Source: a virus
Taxonomy: Duplodnaviria; Caudoviricetes
Length of the DNA: 29,467 nt
Virus record (IMG/VR): IMGVR_UViG_3300010236_000012
Coordinates: 1-29,467 of that record
Direction: 5' to 3' (one strand)
Under the pieces are notes generated by a model. The model did no database searches and was not told where the DNA came from. It saw only the letters and a program-made list of their open reading frames with translations. Numbering within the stretch: position 1 is the first letter of the stretch; the number at the start of each line of letters is the position of its first letter. A program made the position numbers and the translations under genes. Positions 9,475 through 17,391 of the stretch are shown here, one piece after another.

Positions 9475-10049
9475 GTTTTATTTCTAGAAATCTCATCTTG
9501 TATTTTCTCTTTATTAAAGAAGAAATATTCTACAACAGGTTTATAGTCACTCGCTTGCAGCAAAGGATAAATTTCCTTGATATATTCCATAGGCCAATCC
9601 CACCAAGGAATAGAAAGTTTCAGGTGAAGTAATGCAGCTTGTCCTCTAGTGCCAACCTTCTGCAATGGATTGCCAAGATATATACCAAACTCATTAAGAA
9701 AATCATTATCATATTCACGTACTACAGAATCCGAACCTATAATACATCCATTTGGAATGATAACTCCTGAATGAATAACTACTCTATCAGCTAACCATAC
9801 ATCGTTTCCTATGGTTACGTCACCATTTGTACCGGGGTAGCCTGGAATGTCTGAATCAATGTGATCTTTAGGATTGAAGTATTTATGTAATGGATGAGTG
9901 GTTAACCAATCTGACCTATGGTTTCCACCTAAGTAGACTCTTACATCCGTGCCTATGGAACAGAATTTACCGATGGTTAGATTGCCTTGTTCAGCGTAAT
10001 TGACTAGTAATTGAGTTGGGGAATAAGTTGCTTCACCTATTTTTATCAT
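9471..10049 (-). CDS. CatB/Vat-like hexapeptide-repeat O-acetyltransferase
   Basis: IGKFCSIG, GNHRSDWLTTHP, GDVTIGNDVW, GNP and WWDWP motifs of the XAT left-handed beta-helix family. Confidence 0.9.
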   Translation of the reverse strand: MIKIGEATYSPTQLLVNYAEQGNLTIGKFCSIGTDVRVYLGGNHRSDWLTTHPLHKYFNPKDHIDSDIPGYPGTNGDVTIGNDVWLADRVVIHSGVIIPNGCIIGSDSVVREYDNDFLNEFGIYLGNPLQKVGTRGQAALLHLKLSIPWWDWPMEYIKEIYPLLQASDYKPVVEYFFFNKEKIQDEISRNKT

Positions 10050-10061
10050 TAGTAGCCTCCG

Positions 10062-10241
10062 TTAGAATACTTGAATTGTTTTACATACAGTACATACTAG
10101 TTCGTGTGATACTGTCCAAAAAAATGTATTACAACCACATCCGCAATTCCAAATTGTAAATTCTTTATCGAAGCGTGATATAAATTGATCAATTGGCATT
10201 TTAACTGTAGACGGAAATAGAATAACATGATCAGTAGACAT
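10062..10241 (-). CDS. Small Zn-ribbon protein
   Basis: CGCGC...CTVC; ATG 10241 with GGAGG SD. Confidence 0.6.
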   Translation of the reverse strand: MSTDHVILFPSTVKMPIDQFISRFDKEFTIWNCGCGCNTFFWTVSHELVCTVCKTIQVF

Positions 10242-10462
10242 AAATTCCTCCAAAGATTTTTGTTTGATAGTATCATAGATTTAAGAAAATGTAAAGGGAT
10301 AAAGTAATATAGTAAAAAGAATGGATGGAAAAATTGTTGACATCTAATTTTGCACCTATGTCCCCCATGCGCGCCGGGGGAGGCGCACACCCCCTACCCC
10401 CTAAGCTCCACGCGAATCCTTAAAATACCCTATAATCCAGACGAATAAGGTTAAAATAACGC

Positions 10463-10491
10463 TTGCTTTTTATTTCGGTCTGTAGTATAAT
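10463..10491 (+). promoter_or_regulatory. sigma70-type early promoter
   Basis: TTGCTT-N17-TATAAT. Confidence 0.75.
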
Positions 10492-10524
10492 AAAATAAAA
10501 AAAACAAAAGGAGGCAACAAAGAA

Positions 10525-10710
10525 GTGGAAAGAATAAAACTTAGTATAGGGGAAATGCAGGAGAGGAAAAACCGGATTATCGGCTTAATCAATAAGTACT
10601 CTGAGAACTGCGACCATGACGGAATGATGATGATGTTTGATGATAAAGCAATGTGCATTGAATGTGCAAAGGCCATGAGAAAAGACTTATTCAATATTAC
10701 TGGACACTAA
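10525..10710 (+). CDS. Small hypothetical protein (CDH...CIEC)
   Basis: AGGAGG SD, GTG start, downstream of a promoter. Confidence 0.65.
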   Translation: MERIKLSIGEMQERKNRIIGLINKYSENCDHDGMMMMFDDKAMCIECAKAMRKDLFNITGH

Positions 10711-10811
10711 CCCCAACAAAATTACCGAAGCTATCTTAGAAGATCGAGAGCTTACCGATAGAGTATTTAAAATAATAGATAAAAAAATAGAAGAATTTTG
10801 GAACAAATAGC

Positions 10812-10840
10812 TTGACAAATAGCTCCTTTTATAGTATACT
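10812..10840 (+). promoter_or_regulatory. Strong sigma70-type promoter
   Basis: TTGACA-N17-TATACT; the -35 is overlapped by tandem ACAAATAGCT repeats. Confidence 0.8.
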
Positions 10841-10933
10841 CTTTTCAAATAATAGAGCTGGTAAGAATGCTGGACTTACTCGGAAGGTGACCGAATCCAC
10901 CAAACAACTAAAACATACGGAGGAATTAAAAAA

Positions 10934-11365
10934 ATGGCAGACCTTAGCAATGTCAATATCAAGGAAATGACTCCCGAACAGATTATGGCTTTCATGTCCC
11001 AGTTTAAGGAACTGGAGAAAACCGTAAAACAGGCAAAGAAGGAAGGTCTTATCCCTAAAGAAGAAAAGAAACGCGCAGAGAAGGAAATCATTCCCGAAGT
11101 TGCGTTGTTTCTGGAACAGATCAAGGCAGTTTACGAATCCAATATCGAAGTTATCAGGAATCTTTTCAACGGTACGAAAAGCGAAGCTGATCCCGTTGGA
11201 CAAATTGGAATTAACTTCAAGGTAACTGATGAATTCGGAATTCAGCTTCTTAGTGAAACGGCACGCAAGACCAAAGTTGAAGCCAACAAGGCAGCTAAAA
11301 GGGCCAAGGAAGCTGAGAAGAAAGAAAAAGAGGAAACAGAAACACCCAAGCCCGATGCGCCGTAA
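10934..11365 (+). CDS. Hypothetical Lys/Glu-rich protein, monocistronic
   Basis: GGAGG SD, own promoter and terminator, 143 aa. Confidence 0.85.
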   Translation: MADLSNVNIKEMTPEQIMAFMSQFKELEKTVKQAKKEGLIPKEEKKRAEKEIIPEVALFLEQIKAVYESNIEVIRNLFNGTKSEADPVGQIGINFKVTDEFGIQLLSETARKTKVEANKAAKRAKEAEKKEKEETETPKPDAP

Positions 11366-11380
11366 ATAGAACCTCGCATT

Positions 11381-11417
11381 CAATAAAGAACCCGCTGAAT
11401 AAGCGGGTTTTTTATTG
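11381..11417 (+). terminator. Rho-independent terminator, probably bidirectional
   Basis: AACCCGC-loop-GCGGGTT followed by a T-run, with an A-rich 5' flank. Confidence 0.85.
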
Positions 11418-11823
11418 CCCACTAACTATTTTTCCTATTTTTCCTTATTAACCCATTACCCCTTTACCCCCTTGTGAAATTTTACACGTCCTACATCCAA
11501 CCACCTACACTATTTCAACTAATCTACTTATTAAGGATATAAGGTAAGTATCTAATATTATTAATATTTTATTTATTTTTTATTATTACCTTTCCTTTGA
11601 GTTATTTTTATATTATTATTTTTTTTTTTTTTTTTTTAGAAGTCATTCTGAGAGAGTACCCCCTAATTATGAGTGGTAATATACTAACATTATAATTATA
11701 TAACATAAAATAGTAAACATAAATTAAGTGGTAAATCTTAGGTAAGAGGGGAGTACTATATAAATCCAATTTAGGAAATATAATATAACGACATGACGTG
11801 ATTCTGCGCAAATGGATATTCAT

Positions 11824-11941
11824 TAATAAAATCAATAACTTACGTACTCTAAACTATAAAAATTTGGGTAATTTATCACTTTTTTTTTAAACGTAATAAA
11901 ATCAATAACTTACGTACTAAATACTATCTAAGTAATTGATT
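11824..11941. repeat. Two 25-bp direct repeats plus an inverted partial copy, each containing an IHF consensus
   Basis: TAATAAAATCAATAACTTACGTACT at 11824-11848 and 11894-11918; TAAGTAATTGATT at 11929-11941; all fit WATCAANNNNTTR. Confidence 0.8.
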
Positions 11942-11960
11942 TTACTTATATATTTTCCTC

Positions 11961-11989
11961 TTGACTTTTTTTATAAACTATAGCACTAT
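11961..11989 (+). promoter_or_regulatory. Probable sigma70 promoter
   Basis: TTGACT-N17-CACTAT upstream of ORF 12023. Confidence 0.5.
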
Positions 11990-12022
11990 AAATAAAAAAT
12001 ACAATAAAGGAACATTAAAACT

Positions 12023-12439
12023 ATGCCTAAATTAACAGAAGATAGATTAAAACTACAACAACAGGTAGAGCATATTTTAAAAAGAAAACTACAACATAGA
12101 ATATTACCAAATAATTATGTTAGAGAATACTATCCAGACTTCAAACCAACATTCGTATCTATTCCAATAAAGAATCAAGAAGAAATACATTACTCCCTTT
12201 TAATGCCAGATTATAACAAAACAAATCTTATTAGATTATTAAATAGAATAAAAAATCATATTATATTTTATGATTCAAATTCTTGGAAATATAATATATT
12301 TGTAAAATGTCAAGATTCATATCACTCATTTAAAGATGAACAGAGTTTTTTAGATGCATTAAAAATGTTCAGAATTTCAGTATATGTTGTTTATCCATCT
12401 GGACACTTTCTTGATTTTTTTGTAGCACAAAGACTATAA
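12023..12439 (+). CDS. Hypothetical protein (very AT-rich)
   Basis: 138-aa ORF with AAGGA SD, long for such AT-rich DNA. Confidence 0.7.
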   Translation: MPKLTEDRLKLQQQVEHILKRKLQHRILPNNYVREYYPDFKPTFVSIPIKNQEEIHYSLLMPDYNKTNLIRLLNRIKNHIIFYDSNSWKYNIFVKCQDSYHSFKDEQSFLDALKMFRISVYVVYPSGHFLDFFVAQRL

Positions 12440-12617
12440 ACACTAATAGTCCTAACTATCCGTAATTATTACTATTTTTACCCTGCCCTTTTATACTCCG
12501 AAAACCTAAGTAATTTCCTATACTTACGCTCCTATTCCTTATTACTATATACTATTACCCTTTACCCCTTATCTAACTATACGATATTATTAAGGAAAAT
12601 ATTATATAATAATTTCC

Positions 12618-12646
12618 TTGACTTTTCCTTAATACTATGATACGAT
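12618..12646 (+). promoter_or_regulatory. sigma70 promoter with extended -10
   Basis: TTGACT-N17-TACGAT with TG at the extended position. Confidence 0.7.
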
Positions 12647-12665
12647 AAAAATAAAAAGGTAAAAA

Positions 12666-12815
12666 ATGCCACCTAAAACTAAATCTAATCAAATATTAAA
12701 ATTAAAAAATTTGATAACATATCTCACTTTAATGGGAAATGCAAAAGATGATAGACAAATTAATTTATTAAAAGAATTAAAAGAAACTGTAAAGATTTTA
12801 GAAAATGCCCACTAA
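12666..12815 (+). CDS. Small hypothetical protein (49 aa)
   Basis: MPPKTKSNQILKLKNLITY...; AAGGT SD; below the ORF-track cutoff. Confidence 0.5.
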   Translation: MPPKTKSNQILKLKNLITYLTLMGNAKDDRQINLLKELKETVKILENAH

Positions 12816-13176
12816 AAAGAAAGAAATCAAATTTACTATCAATTCCAAAGGCTGTCATATCATGGCCGGTAAAGGAGTTAATCAGGTTAGGATAAAACTC
12901 TATAACGAAATTTATCCTACTTTGGAGCTTGATCAAAAACTCTTAGCAACTTGTGGTAATTTAGCCTGTATTAATCCATCACATATGAGGGCCATTATCA
13001 ATCTAGACTATTACGAGCAAGACACACTAGGACAACGCAGATTAGAACCTGCGGATGTTAAATTCATTAGAGAATGTGATAATATGCGGGCTGTTGATTT
13101 AGCTGATAAATATGGAGTAAGTGAAGGAACCATACTCTGTATTCAATCATATAAAAGATGGCGATACGTTCCATAA
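12805..13176 (+). CDS. HNH-like domain plus C-terminal HTH (degenerate homing-endonuclease-like)
   Basis: TCGNLACINPSHM (cf. HxCDNxxCVNPxHL); LADKYGVSEGTI..I...KRW HTH. Confidence 0.7.
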   Translation: MPTKKKEIKFTINSKGCHIMAGKGVNQVRIKLYNEIYPTLELDQKLLATCGNLACINPSHMRAIINLDYYEQDTLGQRRLEPADVKFIRECDNMRAVDLADKYGVSEGTILCIQSYKRWRYVP

Positions 13177-13213
13177 ACCTTTAACCCCACAAACCAAAAG
13201 AAGGGAGAACATA

Positions 13214-13678
13214 ATGAACAGAGCAGAACACATTCAAGCGGTGCGGGATTTTCAAGAGGAATTAATGGTAAACAGGCAGGTATTGGGTGACGATACCATG
13301 ATTAAATCCATAGACGGCAGGTTAACGATTACTAGAACTAAATCTGTTTCCACTTCTTTAACTCTCCAGAATATCGCCAAAGCAAGTCAAGAGCGGGAAC
13401 GCCTTTACAAAGAGCTTTTTCCCTGGCATGATTGGAAGAAAGAGGGCGAATATGAAAGAACCCGCAAGGAAGTACAGACTTACCACTTTGTTGAAATCAT
13501 GAACATTACAGATGCTATCTGGATACATTGCGAAGAATGCAGGAATAATGATGCAAACTTCGCAATTACAGTTGATGAGAAGCATCTTTATAATGTATGC
13601 GTAACATGCCTCAAGAAGTCTTGGCTTGGCAAATTAAGAGTTAGTCAAGTTGCTTATGCTGGCAGGCGTGTAGCCTAA
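13214..13678 (+). CDS. Hypothetical protein with C-terminal CxxC pairs
   Basis: ATG 13214 with GGGAG SD; CEEC...CVTC. Confidence 0.7.
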   Translation: MNRAEHIQAVRDFQEELMVNRQVLGDDTMIKSIDGRLTITRTKSVSTSLTLQNIAKASQERERLYKELFPWHDWKKEGEYERTRKEVQTYHFVEIMNITDAIWIHCEECRNNDANFAITVDEKHLYNVCVTCLKKSWLGKLRVSQVAYAGRRVA

Positions 13679-13711
13679 CACCCCACAAACCAAACACAGA
13701 AGGGAGACATT

Positions 13712-14212
13712 ATGAACAATCAAGATTGCAACGAGTTTGTATTTCCAGAGTACGTTCAAGAAACCTTACCCGATAAACCCAAACCAAACAATTCTTTGCC
13801 GGATTTAAGACAATTAACCGGAGAAAAGAAAGCGGAAGAAATTCGCAGGTTAATTGATATTATTGAAAACTCAACAGATTCCAAACTCAGATACTCTGCC
13901 TTGCTGCTGATGGAGGCAGAATCTTACCGCAACAAGAAAAGAGCTGAAACTGCTAATGAGTATTTCAATGCTCAGATTAAAGACATGCAATTACAGGCCA
14001 TAGAAGATTTCAAGGTTCAAGCCAAAGTTAAATTCTCTGCCAAATATTCGGCACTTATTCAAAAAGGACAGTTCAGCCCGGAAATGATGAGGGATTTTGA
14101 CATCATTCAAAAGATGGAGAGGGCTGCATGTTATATGATGGATGGACTGACGGTTTACACTAAAGAGTGTAATAAATGTGAGCGCAGGAAAAGATGCTTT
14201 GGGGAGGAATAG
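13712..14212 (+). CDS. Hypothetical protein, Cys-rich C-terminus
   Basis: GGGAG SD; C...CNKC....C. Confidence 0.75.
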   Translation: MNNQDCNEFVFPEYVQETLPDKPKPNNSLPDLRQLTGEKKAEEIRRLIDIIENSTDSKLRYSALLLMEAESYRNKKRAETANEYFNAQIKDMQLQAIEDFKVQAKVKFSAKYSALIQKGQFSPEMMRDFDIIQKMERAACYMMDGLTVYTKECNKCERRKRCFGEE

Positions 14213-14216
14213 AACA

Positions 14217-14621
14217 ATGGAGGAAAAGATTACATTTAAAAAAGCACATGCGGAATGTAAGAGAATGTGGCTTATACTGGCGGAAACTGGTAGTCAAAAT
14301 AAAAAATATGTTATTAAACAAATGGGTTACGTTCCTGACAATTGGGATTCTAAAGGTGAAATATTAAATAATTGCTTTGCTTGTGAATTTACAAAGAAAA
14401 AAGGTGATCCTGATTGTAGTTTGTGTCCGATTACTTGGGGTAAAAAACCTAAAATAGATGAAGGTTTTTATTGTGAAAAATCTTCAAATTCACCTTATAG
14501 AAAGTGGTTAGACCTTACATTTGATTTAACAGATGAAGCTAGGGAAAAACGCAAGGGACTTGCCAAGATTATTGCCAATAAAAGATGGATTAATAAATTT
14601 AAAAAGGAGGGCATAGAGTAA
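14217..14621 (+). CDS. Cys-rich phage hypothetical protein
   Basis: CFACE...CSLCPI..W...C pattern; ATG 14217 with GGAGG SD. Confidence 0.75.
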   Translation: MEEKITFKKAHAECKRMWLILAETGSQNKKYVIKQMGYVPDNWDSKGEILNNCFACEFTKKKGDPDCSLCPITWGKKPKIDEGFYCEKSSNSPYRKWLDLTFDLTDEAREKRKGLAKIIANKRWINKFKKEGIE

Positions 14622-14890
14622 TGGCCAACGGTACAGACAATATAACCAAACCAGATATTGATCCTAATCTTGTGCTGAAATACAAAGAAGCACGTAAACA
14701 GATGGATGCCCTAAAAGAAGCATTTGGGCCAATGACTCAAGCGGTAGAAACCAAGTTGAAAGAACTGTACAAGGAAAATGTAGCAACATTGCTTACGCTT
14801 GAAGGTAAAGACAGGGTAACATTCTCCTTTGATGCAGAGGATAAGACACCGATAGAGGTAGTGTTTAAGGTTAAACGCACTTCATTATAA
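14621..14890 (+). CDS. Hypothetical protein
   Basis: AGGAGG SD, TAATG coupling. Confidence 0.8.
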   Translation: MANGTDNITKPDIDPNLVLKYKEARKQMDALKEAFGPMTQAVETKLKELYKENVATLLTLEGKDRVTFSFDAEDKTPIEVVFKVKRTSL

Positions 14891-15023
14891 AGGAGGTGAT
14901 TGAATGGAATAAACTAAGTACATGGGAGAGCTACCGACTGTTTTTTGAACAAGGGTATTGAGACTGACAGGCTCTCAATGCCCTGATTGAAAGAACAGTT
15001 ACCCCACAACTGGAGAGGATGGA

Positions 15024-16751
15024 ATGGAAAAAGATCACACACAAACTGTAATTTTTTGGTATTCGGGAGAGAATCACACAATATGCATAGACGCTAAAAA
15101 TGCATACCAGAGGTTTAATTTAAAAGGTGGTATATGGCGTCAAAAAGGCAATCGTTATTTCTTCCCTATGAATGATGAAAACATACAGATTCTTTTCAAA
15201 GATCATCCAGATGGAGGGTCTGACAGATGGAATGAATACAGATGGATTTGGAAGTTTTCACTTTGGGAAGGGATTTATAAATATCTTCAAAAACGTATCA
15301 CTAAGGTTGCAGACGATACATTTCTTACTAGGATTAATCTTGATAATGTATCGCGCTTTCCTAAAATATACAAGAAGGATGGTATGCCGGAACCATTCAA
15401 GAATCAACATGTGAGTCAATACTGGCAGCAAAAGACAGATTATCACGCCTACCTGTGGGAAATGGGTACTGGCAAAACAAGGGCTGGAGTCGAAGGATAT
15501 GAAATCAAGCGTAGACAAGGGAAGGTTGATCATTTGTTGATTATCTGCCCTGTGTCTATGCTTGACAAGTGGGTGGTTGAGATTGAAAAATGGGGCAGGG
15601 AAGAAATCCAAGCAGTTGCAATAAAGGGTAAAAATAGGGATGAAAAGTTAGACTTGCTTAAAATGGATTATGAAGCAATAGTTATCAACTTTGAATCAGC
15701 AGCTTTGATGGTTGATGATTTGCTTGAAATAGTAAATGAAAGGTGGATGATAATCTGTGACGAAACGACTAAAATCAAAAATCCAAGAGCTAACAGAACA
15801 AAGGCAGTACTTGACTTGGGTTTACGTACAGAATATAAAGCAATCCTTACAGGTACTCCAATTACACAGCACGCGTATGATGTATTTAGTCAATATGCTT
15901 TTCTTGATTCAGGTAAAACATTTGGTCTTAATTACGATGCTTTTCTTGACAAATACTTTTGGAAACAAGGATTCAAATTAATCAGTAAAGGTGAATGGGC
16001 ATTAAAAGAAGTGTCTGATAAGATGTATAAATCGAGCACACGATTCTTAAAGAAGGACTGCATAGACATACCGGACAAAATGTATGATAACAGAATACTC
16101 ACTTTGCCGGCATATAACCAAGAGAAGTACAAGGAAATGGTTAAGTATGCCATAACTCAAATTGAAGGTAGCGAACACGTTACAGCGGCGATTATACTAA
16201 CGCAATTACTTAGGTTAAGTCAAATAACATCGGGATTTGTGGTAGATGAACATGGGAAGGAGGTTAATTTTGATGAAAATCCGAAACTTGATGCTTTACG
16301 TGACATACTTGAGGAATCTAATTCTAGTAAGGTTGTTATTTGGGCGAGATTTAGGCAGGATGTTAGGAACATTTCAAGACTTTGCGAAGAACTCAAGATA
16401 AAATATGTACAAATGTATGGAGATATAAACAATGACCAACGCACTAGAAATGTCTCCGAATTTCAAAACAATCCAGATGTTAAAGTTATTATTGGTACTG
16501 CTAGTACGGGTGGGCATGGGATTGATCTTGTGGCCGGAACTATCGTGGTTTACTTCTCCAATTCATATTCCCTTGAACAAAGATTACAATCTGAGGATAG
16601 AACTCATAGAGCAGGACAAAGGAACCAAGTCACATACATCGACCTGCTCTGCAAAGATACAATAGATATAACAATATATAAGGTGTTGAGAAGCAAAAAA
16701 TCGGTGGCTGATATTGTGACCAGAGACTACAGATCACTCATGGGAGGCTGA
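15024..16751 (+). CDS. SNF2-family SF2 helicase/ATPase
   Basis: EMGTGKT, ICDE, LTGTP, LLRLSQITSGF, GIDL and QSEDRTHRAGQ motifs. Confidence 0.93.
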   Translation: MEKDHTQTVIFWYSGENHTICIDAKNAYQRFNLKGGIWRQKGNRYFFPMNDENIQILFKDHPDGGSDRWNEYRWIWKFSLWEGIYKYLQKRITKVADDTFLTRINLDNVSRFPKIYKKDGMPEPFKNQHVSQYWQQKTDYHAYLWEMGTGKTRAGVEGYEIKRRQGKVDHLLIICPVSMLDKWVVEIEKWGREEIQAVAIKGKNRDEKLDLLKMDYEAIVINFESAALMVDDLLEIVNERWMIICDETTKIKNPRANRTKAVLDLGLRTEYKAILTGTPITQHAYDVFSQYAFLDSGKTFGLNYDAFLDKYFWKQGFKLISKGEWALKEVSDKMYKSSTRFLKKDCIDIPDKMYDNRILTLPAYNQEKYKEMVKYAITQIEGSEHVTAAIILTQLLRLSQITSGFVVDEHGKEVNFDENPKLDALRDILEESNSSKVVIWARFRQDVRNISRLCEELKIKYVQMYGDINNDQRTRNVSEFQNNPDVKVIIGTASTGGHGIDLVAGTIVVYFSNSYSLEQRLQSEDRTHRAGQRNQVTYIDLLCKDTIDITIYKVLRSKKSVADIVTRDYRSLMGG

Positions 16752-16753
16752 AA

Positions 16754-16951
16754 ATGGACGATATAATGGAAAAAAAGGTAGATGAAAGATATTGGCCAGG
16801 AAGGAAAGATTTAGTAGGAAGATCAGTAACATTTGGAAAATCTGGAGATAGATATGTTGTTGGAAGTGGTGGCAATCTTGTAAGAAAATATAAGCCAATA
16901 AGTAAGAAAAAGCAACGGAAACTGGATAGACAAAAACGAATTGGAGGCTGA
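16754..16951 (+). CDS. Small basic hypothetical protein
   Basis: GGAGG SD; Lys/Arg-rich. Confidence 0.65.
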   Translation: MDDIMEKKVDERYWPGRKDLVGRSVTFGKSGDRYVVGSGGNLVRKYKPISKKKQRKLDRQKRIGG

Positions 16952-16952
16952 A

Positions 16953-17081
16953 ATGGACAATAGATTGAAACGCTCACCGGAATCAGAAGCTCTTGCACAC
17001 TATATAACATTGGTAATAACGGGAATAGTTATTGTATCTTTTTGGTATATGTTTATTAAGGCATGGTTTAATATCTCCTAG
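16953..17081 (+). CDS. Small membrane peptide (42 aa)
   Basis: GGAGG SD; one hydrophobic span YITLVITGIVIVSFWYMFI. Confidence 0.55.
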   Translation: MDNRLKRSPESEALAHYITLVITGIVIVSFWYMFIKAWFNIS

Positions 17082-17086
17082 TCTAG

Positions 17087-17305
17087 GTGAATGAAATGAG
17101 AAAGAAAAAGCCAACCCATCTTTACTGCGATGATAAGTATATCGGTCATTTACAACGATACAAAGGTAAGGATGCTAGGCAATTATTTGAGGAATTTGGA
17201 GTGGTGACATATGAAACAGAAGATATTGATATTATAAATGATGCAATAAATACAATAAATAAAGTGCTGAATAAATATAATAAAATTAGAAGAATAGACA
17301 GATAG
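17087..17305 (+). CDS. Hypothetical protein
   Basis: In-operon ORF; start may be ATG 17096 after AGGTG. Confidence 0.6.
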   Translation: MNEMRKKKPTHLYCDDKYIGHLQRYKGKDARQLFEEFGVVTYETEDIDIINDAINTINKVLNKYNKIRRIDR

Positions 17306-17391
17306 CCCCTTGTGGGGAGGGGCTGGTAATGCAGGTAGGGTTTGAGTCTCCCTTCGACCCTGCCTGACATTACCACATATATAAAGGAAAT

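Noticed and set aside
9471-10049. Assigning the gene symbol catB or vat
   Set aside because: Family motifs do not establish antibiotic specificity
10829-11422. 197-aa minus-strand ORF
   Set aside because: Antisense shadow of the 10934 gene, which has promoter, SD and terminator; Phe/Leu richness mirrors Lys/Glu codons
11608-11835. 75-aa ORF with poly-Lys
   Set aside because: Product of the T19 run and AT-rich non-coding sequence
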